Of a DNA stretch of 64,000 nt, positions 28,509-37,583 are shown piece by piece. The position numbers and the translations under genes are program-made. Source of the stretch: Candidatus Versatilivorator sp. Lineage in GTDB: Bacteria; Acidobacteriota; Terriglobia; Versatilivoradales; Versatilivoraceae. Within the stretch, counting starts at the first letter, position 1. Each line of letters starts with the position of its first letter. Under the pieces are notes generated by a model. It had not been told where the DNA came from. It saw only the letters and a program-made list of their open reading frames with translations, and searched no databases. The stretch is from contig OZ242296.1 of the NCBI GenBank assembly GCA_965207735.1, positions 2,912,001 to 2,976,000 on the forward strand. The letters run 5' to 3'.

Positions 28509-28742
28509 ATGAGCAGCGAAGAAATCACCCAATTGGAGTTGCGCCTGACCAAGGCCATGGGTGAGATGGAAGTCCGCGTTACCAACGCCATCCATCAGGT
28601 CCGCACGGATCTGTCCAGGGAAGTTTCCGACCTGAGGTCGGATGTTTCCAGGTTGCAGGGCGGGTTGAAGTATGTGAATGCCTTTCTGGGCGCTATCGGT
28701 CTATTTGTTGGGGGCGCTGTCATCAAATATCTGCCGACCTGA
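28509..28742 (+). CDS. small coiled-coil protein with C-terminal TM helix (DUF1640-like architecture)
   Basis: Heptads 'LSREVSDLRSDVSRLQG' then hydrophobic tail. Confidence 0.6.
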   Translation: MSSEEITQLELRLTKAMGEMEVRVTNAIHQVRTDLSREVSDLRSDVSRLQGGLKYVNAFLGAIGLFVGGAVIKYLPT

Positions 28743-28776
28743 ACCTACCCAAGCCCTCATCTCTCAACGCGGCCAT

Positions 28777-28867
28777 TGCTGCCGCCGCCTACGCGGCTCA
28801 ACTCACACCCCAACCCTTTCCATGGGCTTACGCCCACGGCTACCTGCTGCCGCCGCATTCGCGGCTA
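28777..28867. repeat. REP-like family B element (inverted)
   Basis: Reverse complement of the 26499-26588 core. Confidence 0.8.
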
Positions 28868-28938
28868 CATGGAGGCCCCGGGCTTGCGCCTGGGGGCGTA
28901 GGCAGAGTAGCGTACGGAGTAGGGGACGTTACGGAGTA

Positions 28939-29054
28939 GGGGACGTTGTTGAATTACTGGAATAACTTGGATCGGCGGTTTCTGAATTCCTGTTGTTAGA
29001 CAACGTCCCCTACTCGTTCCCCTCGAGTTATTCCACTAATTCAACAACGTCCCC
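28939..29054. repeat. family C hairpin element (116 bp)
   Basis: GGGGACGTTGTTGAATTACTGGAATAACT ... AGTTATTCCACTAATTCAACAACGTCCCC. Confidence 0.8.
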
Positions 29055-29056
29055 TG

Positions 29057-29305
29057 GTGCACCCCAGCCTCAAGACCCTGCTGGACGACCTCGCTACCCT
29101 GACCCTCAACCAGGTGACCTTGCCCACCAACCCCGACCAGGGGTTCCCCATGATCGCCCAGGCCACCCCGCTGCAACGCAAGGCCTTTGAACTGCTGGAG
29201 GTCGAGCCGGGTAAAATTGTTCTCAGTACGATGCCAGTTTGAATCCGTCTAAATCACGGGTATTGTGGAGGTATTGTTGATTTTGAGAGATGAGGTTCCG
29301 TTTGA
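29057..29305 (+). pseudogene. IS1634-like transposase C-terminal fragment and IS end
   Basis: 'SLKTLLDDLATLTLNQV...ATPLQRKAFELLEV' resembles IS1634 C-termini; stop at 29242. Confidence 0.65.
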
Positions 29306-29479
29306 ACAACGTCCCCTACTCGTTCCCCTCGAGTTATTCCACTAATTCAACAACGTCCCCGGGTGCACACTTGAGGGAGAGTCGGCGAGACCAGGGCGAA
29401 GCCCGCGGTCGACCCGGAGGGGGGCAAACGCGGCGTCCCGTCAGTGATTCTCGGTTGCGCTTTGGCGAGAACTGCCGCC

Positions 29480-30574
29480 TCATCCCCCATCCCGCCCCTG
29501 CCGGATCTTCCACACCCCGATGGTCAGCACCGGCAGGACGTAGCAGAGAATCACTCCCCAGGTGGCGGTTCCGTAGCCCTGGGCCACCAGGTTTTTCAAT
29601 CCCAGTGGGGCCATCGACGTGGCCGCCAGCAGCAGCAGGAGCGCCACCGCCGGGCGGAGATAGGCCGGCAGGACTGCCCGGCGTTCAGCCAGAACGCCCG
29701 CCACTCTTTCGTTGAAGGCGTGAATCATCCCGGTTCCGGACTCGATCAGCGTGCCCAGCAGGACTACCTGGAAAATAACCTGGAAAGCGGTGGACCCCAG
29801 GGCCTCCAGAAGAAAATTGGCGGGAACGGTCTGATCCACCACCGCCGGATACTGGGTGACCATGGCCAGATAAAAGAAAGAGGCCGGGATCATGCCGATG
29901 GGCCCCACCAGTATCCCGGCCCCGACCGCTTCCCGGCGTCTCTCGATGTGGCGGGTACAGAACAGAAGGGCCGGGATGGCGACCATGTTGTACCCGGCAT
30001 ACTTGACCCCCGCCAGGAACCAGCCCGGCTTGATTTCCAGCGAGGGCCAGGGCTTGTCTCCAAAAAACTGGGAGAGGCTCCAGACCAGGAAGACCAGGTA
30101 GATGGCGTAGAGGACGAAAGACCACAACGCAAAGGACTTCTCGATCACCGTGGTTCCCTTGAAGACCAGGAACCCCACGCAGGCCATGATGCCGATGACC
30201 CCGGCGTAGTAAGGGAGGGAGAAGACGGCTTCGACGATGCTGCCGCTGGCGGCGGCGATGACCGCCAGTCCCAGTAGCATCATGACCAGGTAGCAGATCT
30301 CGTAAAGGAACCACCAGCGGTGGAGCAGCTGTCGGGTGAAGGCCCGGTAGTCATAGGAACCGGTCCGCCGCGCCAGCTCGAAGGTCACCAGGCAGACGGC
30401 CGACCAGATGGCCGTCGACAGCCCCATCCCCAGCAGCCCGCCCAGGGGACCGAACTGCAGGAAATACTCCACCAGTTCCCGGCCGGTGCCGTAGCCGCCG
30501 CCGATGACAATGGACTGAAAGACGAAGCCGGGCAGCAGGTATTTCCTGAAAAAGGGCGCGTCGAGCATAGTCAC
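29480..30574 (-). CDS. YkvI-like polytopic membrane protein (putative transporter)
   Basis: 'VIGGGYGTGRELVEYF', about 10 TM segments, 'YAGYN'. Confidence 0.8.
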   Translation of the reverse strand: MTMLDAPFFRKYLLPGFVFQSIVIGGGYGTGRELVEYFLQFGPLGGLLGMGLSTAIWSAVCLVTFELARRTGSYDYRAFTRQLLHRWWFLYEICYLVMMLLGLAVIAAASGSIVEAVFSLPYYAGVIGIMACVGFLVFKGTTVIEKSFALWSFVLYAIYLVFLVWSLSQFFGDKPWPSLEIKPGWFLAGVKYAGYNMVAIPALLFCTRHIERRREAVGAGILVGPIGMIPASFFYLAMVTQYPAVVDQTVPANFLLEALGSTAFQVIFQVVLLGTLIESGTGMIHAFNERVAGVLAERRAVLPAYLRPAVALLLLLAATSMAPLGLKNLVAQGYGTATWGVILCYVLPVLTIGVWKIRQGRDGG

Positions 30575-30637
30575 TACCTAATCAAGCCTCTCTGGTGGAC
30601 TGCGGTTTTTTGTGGTTCTGGGGAGGCCGCGGGTTCG

Positions 30638-30848
30638 GGGACGCCACTCCTAATTCGCCGCCTACGCGGCTATGTCGGCGCAGGGCTCACACGACCCCGG
30701 GCTTCCACCCGGGGCTACACGAGGCCGCAGCTTCGCTGCTTGATAAGGAAGACCTGTAGGCAACCTTGTCTCAGGTAGCCCACGCCAACCGCCGCATTCG
30801 CGGCTCTCCCCTAACCCGCAACACTGCCATCGGATGGAATTTTCCAAT
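30638..30848. repeat. ~210-bp dispersed repeat (B-related hairpins)
   Basis: Colinear diverged copy at 58956-59163 (ACGACCCCGGGCT..CCCGGGGCTACACGAG..CGCAGCT.CGCTGCT..ATAAGGAAG..CTCTCCCCT..CAACACTGCC..GAATTTTC). Confidence 0.75.
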
Positions 30849-30900
30849 CGACGATCTCCTGCTCCGGGCGTCGTCGGAGTTCGAAGTCGAGCCCTTGCCG

Positions 30901-32097
30901 TCAGATGACGCCCTTCTCCCGGAGTTGCCGGATCCGGTCCGGCGTCATCTCGAGAGTGTCCCCCAGAATCCGGTCGGTGTGCTCCCCCAGTCCGGGGCCC
31001 CGGCGGTGGGTCGGGGCGTGGTCGCTGATCTTGATGGCGCCGGCTACCTGACGCACCACACCCAGATCCGGGTGGTCGGTCTCGAGGATCATGCCGCCTT
31101 CCCGCACTTGCGGATCCTGGAGGGCCTCTGCCACCGAGTTGACCGGCGCGCAGGGAACCTGGCCCTTCAGCAGCCGCAGCCAATCGGCGGTGGTGCGGGT
31201 CCGGGTGCGCTCTTTCAGAAGGGGCGCCAGGTCCTCACGGTGCTTCAGCCTCTGGGCAAAGGTGTCGAACCGGGGATCCCGGGCCAGCTCCGGAGCTCCC
31301 AGGATCCGGACCAGGTTGCGGTAGAACTTTTCCTTGGCGCACATGACCACCAGCCAGCCGTCCCGGGTGGGCAGCAACTGGCTGGGCACCTGGGTCGGAT
31401 GGGAGGAATCGGGAGTGCGCTCAGGCCGGTAGCCGTTGGTCAGGTGCCAGGCCCCCACATAGCCCAGTTGGGAAAGGGCGGTGTCGAACAGGCTGACGTC
31501 CACGTCGCAGCCCACTCCGGTGCCGCGGGCGCGCATCACGGCGCTCACCAGGCCCAGGGCCGCCAGGGCTCCCGCGCCCAGATCCACCAGCGACAGCCCG
31601 GCCTTTTGCGGCGGGCCCTGGGGGTCACCGGTCAGGCTCATCCAGCCGGCATACCCCTGCATCAGGTAGTCGTACCCGGGTTCGGCGGCCCGCGCGCCGC
31701 TGCGACCGAAGGCCGAGAGGGAGGCACAGACGATGGAGCGCTTTACCGGGGCGAGGCTCGTGTAGTCCAGGCCCATGCGGGAAGGCAGGTCGCCGCGCAG
31801 GTTGTTGAAGACGCAGTCGGATCGATCGACCAGGGGATGGAGCACGTCCGACGCCTCGGGATGGTTCAGGTTGAGGGTGATGCTCTTCTTGTTCCGGTTG
31901 AAGCTCTGGAAGTAGACGCTGTCGTCGCCTTCGATTTCGGAGGCCACATGGCGGGCGATGTCGCCTCGGCTGAGGGGGTTTTCGATCTTGATCACCTCCG
32001 CCCCCAGGTCGGCCAGCAACATGCTGGACCAGGGCCCGGCGCCGAACTGCTCGACGGCCAGGATGCGCATGCCCTGCAGGGGTGCAGGCGGTTTCAT
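30901..32097 (-). CDS. family III CoA-transferase (CaiB/BaiF)
   Basis: 'AGPWSSMLLADLGAEVIKIE', 'NRNKKSITLNL', 'PGYD', 'PGLGEHT'. Confidence 0.92.
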   Translation of the reverse strand: MKPPAPLQGMRILAVEQFGAGPWSSMLLADLGAEVIKIENPLSRGDIARHVASEIEGDDSVYFQSFNRNKKSITLNLNHPEASDVLHPLVDRSDCVFNNLRGDLPSRMGLDYTSLAPVKRSIVCASLSAFGRSGARAAEPGYDYLMQGYAGWMSLTGDPQGPPQKAGLSLVDLGAGALAALGLVSAVMRARGTGVGCDVDVSLFDTALSQLGYVGAWHLTNGYRPERTPDSSHPTQVPSQLLPTRDGWLVVMCAKEKFYRNLVRILGAPELARDPRFDTFAQRLKHREDLAPLLKERTRTRTTADWLRLLKGQVPCAPVNSVAEALQDPQVREGGMILETDHPDLGVVRQVAGAIKISDHAPTHRRGPGLGEHTDRILGDTLEMTPDRIRQLREKGVI

Positions 32098-32133
32098 GAG
32101 GCTGGATCTCTTGAATCGGAAACAGCGTGAATA

Positions 32134-32249
32134 GGGGACGTTGTTGAATTACTGGAATAACTTCAATCAGCCGCCCCCGCATTGCTGTGATTCAATGGCG
32201 TGTCCTACGCATTCTTTACAAGTTATTCCAGTAATTCAACAACGTCCCC
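32134..32249. repeat. family C hairpin element (116 bp, perfect 30-bp IR)
   Basis: 32134-32163 is the exact reverse complement of 32220-32249. Confidence 0.85.
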
Positions 32250-32316
32250 GGCGCTGCACTGATTGCAGATTCTTGATTGGGGCACTATCGGCGGACCCGG
32301 TCGCCCAATCAACAAT

Positions 32317-33201
32317 CTACAATTCATTCTCTTCAGACTTTGAAGCCCCTGCCATCTGGAGCAGGCGTCTGGCTTTTTCCACGATGGGCCGATCGACCAT
32401 CTTGCCCTCCACCTGCAGCGTGCCCGCGCCCTCCCGGTGCGCTTGCTCGAAGTGCTGGATCACCTCCCGGGCCTTTTCGACCTGCTCCCGGGAAGGGGCA
32501 AGAGACTGGTGAACGCAAGCGATCTGCCGGGGGTGGATGACCCCCTTGCCGCCGAAGCCCAACCGGCGGGCCCGCTTGGTGTCGGCGGCCAGCGGCTCCA
32601 GCGTCCGGAACTCGGGAACGATGCGGTCCACGGCCACCAGACCGCGGCTGGCCGCGGCCACGGCCACCGCCGAACGGGCGTAGAGCATCTCGTCGGGGCC
32701 CTCTTCCTCCGATGCGAAGACTCCCAGGTCGAGGGTGAAGTCCTCCGCCCCGAAGAAGAGGCCAACCATTCTGGGAGAGGCAGCCGCAATGGCGGGAGCC
32801 GCCAGCAGTCCGCGCGCACTCTCGATCATGGCCAGGATGCGCACGCTTCCCGGCTCCAATCCCGCCCCGGCCTCCAGGGCTTCAAGTGCGGCGTCCGTCC
32901 GGTGCAGAAGGGAGACATCGGACACCTTGGGCAGCACCAACCCGTCCAGACCCGGCCCGACCACCGCCCGGGCATCCTCCAGACCGGGCTCGGGATCGGC
33001 TTCGACCCGCACGTAACGCAGCGAGCGACCCGCCGGAGCCTCGAGCGCCTCGGCCACCAGTTTCCGTCCCGAGGCTTTCTCAGCCGCGGGAAGCGCGTCC
33101 TCCAGATCGTAGACGATCACGTCGGCCCCCAGGGTGGGAGCCTTTTGGATCATCCGGGGCCGGTTGCCCGGAACGAAGAGCCATGAACGCATCAACTGCA
33201 T
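32317..33201 (-). CDS. CitE/HpcH family CoA-ester lyase
   Basis: 'RSWLFVPGNRP', 'YDLED', 'LPKV', 'MIESARG', 'FGAED', 'GKGVIHPRQ', 'GKMVDRP'. Confidence 0.92.
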   Translation of the reverse strand: MQLMRSWLFVPGNRPRMIQKAPTLGADVIVYDLEDALPAAEKASGRKLVAEALEAPAGRSLRYVRVEADPEPGLEDARAVVGPGLDGLVLPKVSDVSLLHRTDAALEALEAGAGLEPGSVRILAMIESARGLLAAPAIAAASPRMVGLFFGAEDFTLDLGVFASEEEGPDEMLYARSAVAVAAASRGLVAVDRIVPEFRTLEPLAADTKRARRLGFGGKGVIHPRQIACVHQSLAPSREQVEKAREVIQHFEQAHREGAGTLQVEGKMVDRPIVEKARRLLQMAGASKSEENEL

Positions 33202-33218
33202 GACGAGTGCTCGCTGGG

Positions 33219-33734
33219 TCACTGGATCGGGGGAAACTCCCCCGCTTGGGGGGCATGGCCGCGCCGGTACACCATGACCTGCCGGGTCAGATCGATCACC
33301 ACCTTGCCGTCCTGATTGACGCCGAGGGAGCGGACGGTGACGATCCCGGCCTCGGGATGGGACTTGGAGACCCTCTTGGCCAGGACTTCCGATTGGCAAT
33401 AAATGGTGTCGCCGATAAAGACCGGGTTCGGCAGCCGTACCTTCTCCCAGCCGAGATTGGCCATGGCGTTCTGGCTGACGTCGGTGGTGCTCATGCCGGT
33501 GACCAGCGCCAGGGTGAAGGTGCTGTTGACCAGAATCCGTCCCCAGCGGGTCTTCTGGGTGTACTGGCTGTCGAAGTGCAGGGGGTTGGTGTTCAGCGTA
33601 ATATGGCTGAAGAGGGAGTTGTCCAACTGGGTGACCGTCCGGCCATGGGGATAGCGATAGATGTCCCCGACCTGGAAGTCTTCGTAATAGCGCCCCTGCC
33701 ATCCCTCCTTGGCGGGGCCTTGGGAATCGGCCAT
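33219..33734 (-). CDS. MaoC family (R)-enoyl-CoA hydratase/dehydratase
   Basis: 'GRYYEDFQVG', 'D...FS.ITLNTNPLHFD', 'ANLGW', 'PVFIGDT', 'NQDG'. Confidence 0.92.
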   Translation of the reverse strand: MADSQGPAKEGWQGRYYEDFQVGDIYRYPHGRTVTQLDNSLFSHITLNTNPLHFDSQYTQKTRWGRILVNSTFTLALVTGMSTTDVSQNAMANLGWEKVRLPNPVFIGDTIYCQSEVLAKRVSKSHPEAGIVTVRSLGVNQDGKVVIDLTRQVMVYRRGHAPQAGEFPPIQ

Positions 33735-33933
33735 CGGGTGTCTCCACTCATTCCGGACGGCGCGGCTTGTCAGGCACCGGCAGTCCGAATCCGGGTGGGC
33801 CTCCTCTCTTCCGGCCTATTGTTCGGCATATCCCGATTGGAGGCAAAGCAAATTCTTTTGTCCGCGGCGTCTGGAGCGATCTGCCGGCGCTCTGCCCCCG
33901 CCACTGGTAGCCGCTTACGGGGCGCCGCGTTGG

Positions 33934-34283
33934 CCCCCCTCCGGATCGACTGCGGGCTGTGCCCTTTGGTAGTCACTCTCGGGGCGCCGAGTATGCCCCC
34001 CTCCGGATCGACGGCGGGCTGCGCCCTTGTCTCTCCGACTCCCCCTCAAGGGGGGAGTGATACTTGAGGCCTGTAGAGGGCTTATTGCCCCATTCCTGGG
34101 CAGGATGTAAACCATGTTCCCGGTTTATTATGTAAAGGATGTTACCGGTTTGTACCGGTATCACTCCCCCCTTGAGGGGGAGTCGCAGAAGCCGAGCCGC
34201 AGGCGAAGGCTGATGCGGTGGGGGGCAAACGCGGCGCCTCCGAACGGCAGCGCCGAATGGCGAAGGCTGATGCGGTGGGGGGA
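33934..34283. repeat. REP-like family D cluster (CTCCCCCTCAAGGGGGGAG hairpins)
   Basis: 28-bp perfect IR 34036-34063 / 34158-34185; internal direct repeats; related copy at ~29371-29445. Confidence 0.75.
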
Positions 34284-34410
34284 GCCGGGCCCTGCGCGGC
34301 TCCACTCGCAAATCAGTTGCGCACCCCGCCCCGGCCTGCCACTTGCTGCCCGGGCTTGCTCTGGTCTAAGATTTCGCTTTTCCAGGCCGGCCTTGCAAGG
34401 GAGAGACCCC

Positions 34411-36150
34411 ATGCCGATCCAGCGCAGCCGACTACTCATCGACAAGAGCGAGGTGGCGGTTGCCAACGGCCTGGTGACCGCCATGCACCCGCTGGCCGCC
34501 GAAGCCGGGGTGGAGATCCTCCAGCGCGGCGGCAACGCCGCCGACGCCGCCGTGGCGGCAGCATTTGCCGTGGGAGTGGTGGAACCCTTCATGAGCGGAG
34601 TGGGAGGAGTCGCCTGCGTGGTGGCCCAGGACGCCGCCAGCGGTCGAACGCTCACGCTGGATGGAGCCGGCGTCCTTCCCCGGGCCGCCCGCGAGGATCT
34701 TTTCGAGCTGATGGATCCGGGCCTCAAGGGCGGAGGCATCTACGGCTGGCGCGCCACCCGGGATGAGGCCGCAGAAACGGGGTACCGTTCCGTAGCCGTG
34801 CCGGGGGCAGTCGCCACCTATGCCAAGCTGCTGGAAACCATGGGGACTCTGTCGCTGGGCGAGGTCATGGCGCCCGCCATTCGCCTGGCCGAGGACGGGT
34901 TCCCGGTGGACTGGTACGTCTTCGCCAACTGCGCGGCCGGGCTGAGACGGCTGCAGCCCTTCCCGCACACCATGGCCGCCTTTTTTCACTCCGACGGGAC
35001 CCCGCTCAAGACGGCCAACGCCGACGACATCGGGAAAGAGGAGTGGCTGGTCCAGAAGGACCTGGCCCGCACCCTGCGACGGATTGCCGAGGAGGGCCCC
35101 GACAGCTTCTACCGGGGAGAGATCGGTCGGATCATCGCCGGCTTCCTGGCCGAGCATGGCGGCCTCCTGACGCCGGAGGACCTGGCCGACTATCGGGTGC
35201 GGCTGCGCGACCCCCTGTGGGTGGATTACCGCGGCCGGCGGATCGCACTGGTTTCCACCAACACCGGCGGCCCCACCGTGGCCCAGATGTTCAATATCCT
35301 GGCGGGATACGACCTGGCTGCTTCCGGCCACAACACGGCTCCCACCCTGCACTTGCTGGCCGAGGCCCAACGGATGGCCTTTGCCGACCGCTTCACCCAT
35401 CTCGGGGACCCCGACTTCGATCCCATCCCCCTGCAGGGACTGCACTCGGCGGACTACGCCGCCGGGCGGCGCAGCCACATCCGGCCTGAGGGACCTCCGG
35501 TCAGCCAGCCGGCCGGGGACCCCTGGCCCTTCCAGCCGGGGGGCAGGCCGACCGCCATGCGTCCGCCCAGCGGGATCGACGCTGCAGAGCAGCACACCAC
35601 CCATCTGACCGTGGTGGACAAGCAGCGCAACCTGGTCTCGCTGACGGCCTCCCTGGGCCAGTTGTTCGGTTCGGGCGTGGTCGTTCCCGGCACCGGGATC
35701 ACCCTGAACAACGGCATGATGTGGTTCGACCCCGAACCGGGGAAGGTCAACTCGATGGCGCCCGGCAAGCGAGCCCTTCACGCCGGCACGCCGGCACTGG
35801 TTTTTGACCAGCAGGGACCGTATCTGGCGGTGGGCTCCCCGGGCGGACGCAAGGTGCTGACCGCGGTCCAGCAAGTCATCCACAACGTGGTGGATTTCGG
35901 GCTGGGGATGCAGGCGGCTGTCAGCGCTCCGCGCATTCACTGCGAAGGCAGCCCGCTTCACCTGGATGCCCGACTGCCGGCCGAGGTGATCGAGGCGGTG
36001 CGATCCTTCGGCCACCCGGTCTCGGTGAGGGAAGAGCATTTTCTCAGCTCCTACTTCGCCCGGCCCAACGGCATTCTGATCGATCGCAACTCCGGCCTGC
36101 TGCGGAGCGGAGTGGAGCCCTACAAGGCCAGCGCCGCCGCCGGCTATTAG
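34411..36150 (+). CDS. ggt: gamma-glutamyltransferase family protein
   Basis: 'GGNAADAAVA', 'EPFMSGVGG', 'VAVPG', 'HTTHLTVVD' (catalytic Thr), 'GSPGG'. Confidence 0.9.
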   Translation: MPIQRSRLLIDKSEVAVANGLVTAMHPLAAEAGVEILQRGGNAADAAVAAAFAVGVVEPFMSGVGGVACVVAQDAASGRTLTLDGAGVLPRAAREDLFELMDPGLKGGGIYGWRATRDEAAETGYRSVAVPGAVATYAKLLETMGTLSLGEVMAPAIRLAEDGFPVDWYVFANCAAGLRRLQPFPHTMAAFFHSDGTPLKTANADDIGKEEWLVQKDLARTLRRIAEEGPDSFYRGEIGRIIAGFLAEHGGLLTPEDLADYRVRLRDPLWVDYRGRRIALVSTNTGGPTVAQMFNILAGYDLAASGHNTAPTLHLLAEAQRMAFADRFTHLGDPDFDPIPLQGLHSADYAAGRRSHIRPEGPPVSQPAGDPWPFQPGGRPTAMRPPSGIDAAEQHTTHLTVVDKQRNLVSLTASLGQLFGSGVVVPGTGITLNNGMMWFDPEPGKVNSMAPGKRALHAGTPALVFDQQGPYLAVGSPGGRKVLTAVQQVIHNVVDFGLGMQAAVSAPRIHCEGSPLHLDARLPAEVIEAVRSFGHPVSVREEHFLSSYFARPNGILIDRNSGLLRSGVEPYKASAAAGY

Positions 36151-36206
36151 CACGGCCGGGAATGGGTGGATGTCGTCGCCGGCTAGTCCCAAAGAAAAGG
36201 TGAGAA

Positions 36207-36827
36207 ATGAGCGAAGATAAGGTTTCACGGCGGGAATCGATTCTGGAGGGCATTCGGCAGGGGCAAATCCAGCGCATCGATTTTCTGGGGGACTCCATCA
36301 CCCAGGGGTGCGGCTATGTCTCCCGGCAGCAGGGCTATCCCGATCTCCTTCTGGGCAAGATGAAGCATTTGGCCGAGCACGACCGGTTCCAGATCTACAA
36401 CCACGCCGTGGGCGGCGCCACCGCCGCGGGCGGCGCCGGCCGTATTCACTGGTGCGAACGGGGCGCCTCCTCTCCGGACCTGAGCTTCGTCATGTTCGGC
36501 CTGAACGACGTCAATCTGTCCGGTTCCCTGGACGACTACGCGCACCACCTCGGGACCATGATGAACCGGCTAAAGCGACTGGGTTCGACAGTGGTGCTGC
36601 TGGGGCCCACGCCCTTTCCGACCAGAGAGGCGGCCGTTCACTCCTTCAGCCTGCGCGCCTCCAGGGAAGCCGGCCGGAGCGGAGTGGACTTTGTGGATTG
36701 CCTGAAGCCCTTCTACCAGGGCGGCCGGCTCCCCGAGGGGCTGCTCTGGCCCGATGGAATCCACTTGACCGCCCGGGGACACCGAGTCCTGGCGGATTGG
36801 ATCTGGATCCAACTCCAGTCGATGTAA
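36207..36827 (+). CDS. SGNH/GDSL hydrolase
   Basis: 'FLGDSITQG', 'GLND', 'DGIHL...GH'. Confidence 0.9.
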   Translation: MSEDKVSRRESILEGIRQGQIQRIDFLGDSITQGCGYVSRQQGYPDLLLGKMKHLAEHDRFQIYNHAVGGATAAGGAGRIHWCERGASSPDLSFVMFGLNDVNLSGSLDDYAHHLGTMMNRLKRLGSTVVLLGPTPFPTREAAVHSFSLRASREAGRSGVDFVDCLKPFYQGGRLPEGLLWPDGIHLTARGHRVLADWIWIQLQSM

Positions 36828-37057
36828 CCATTATCCCCGGGCGCCGCCGCCACGCCTCCCGGTGTGAAATCGCGTTCGGACCCGCCCGCCGGCAATTCCT
36901 AAACCGCTCTCCCGGGATCCACCCCGGGAACTTGCAAACCCTCATGCGAGCCCTGTCGGCGAACCGGTCTTGCAAGCCGACCCCACTACCGATTCCATAG
37001 TCCTCCATCTCAACACCACCGATGCACTCTCCATTCCCGTCCGATAGTGATTCATTA

Positions 37058-37078
37058 AAATGATAATCATTATCATTT
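37058..37078. promoter_or_regulatory. Fur box
   Basis: AAATGATAAT-C-ATTATCATTT perfect palindrome containing the 7-1-7 TGATAATnATTATCA consensus, upstream of a TonB receptor. Confidence 0.85.
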
Positions 37079-37194
37079 ACATTTATACAAGTCTGAGATA
37101 TCTTCCCCTCTGCGTTCGACCTGGAGGTCAATATCCCCTGCTCGCCCAGCCGTCCAGGCGTGTGCATAGGGCCAAGTCGAAGGCGCCGGAGCGG

Positions 37195-37509
37195 TTGAAG
37201 AGTATCAAGGACCGGCAGATTCTTGAGGTCGACCGAAAGTTGAGCGAATTCCGTCGAGTGCTGACGGTTCTGGAAACCAGGAAGACGGATTCCGGTCGCT
37301 ACCTGCCGCGACATGTCTTTGCAGTCGTGTTCGATAACGACTCCGGATCGGTCCGCCAGGCCTGGACTTACATCACTCGTTTCCAAGAGGTAGGCGGCAA
37401 CTATCTTCCTCATTCCCGGCACGTGCTCCGGACAGGCGAGGGGCGAAACAGCACCCTGCTGATTGAATGGCACGACATTGAACTGCTGGAAGACGCAAGC
37501 GATGGATAG
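37195..37509 (+). pseudogene. DUF3386-like C-terminal fragment (start not identifiable)
   Basis: 'IKDRQILEVDR...VLETRKTDSGRYLPR...VGGNYLP.SR' resembles the DUF3386 C-terminal half; no convincing start codon. Confidence 0.45.
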
Positions 37510-37583
37510 CTCCGTATCGCGGCCATGACGCGAGCAACGAAAGAAACCAAGCAGGCAACCTATTGAAATAGGGGGAACACTTC

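Noticed and set aside
28912-29368. Possible CRISPR array from recurring CAACGTCCCC repeats
   Set aside because: Copies occur in both orientations with irregular spacing and a duplicated intervening sequence; no cas genes; explained as family C hairpins
34114-34410. Upstream ORF extension of ggt (similar extensions at 26542, 46977, 52222, 33747, 41742, 62845)
   Set aside because: Extensions run through repeats or neighbouring genes; internal starts fit family N-termini and RBS better
36830-37580. Cobalamin riboswitch upstream of the TonB receptor
   Set aside because: No convincing B12-box seen; the Fur box explains regulation better
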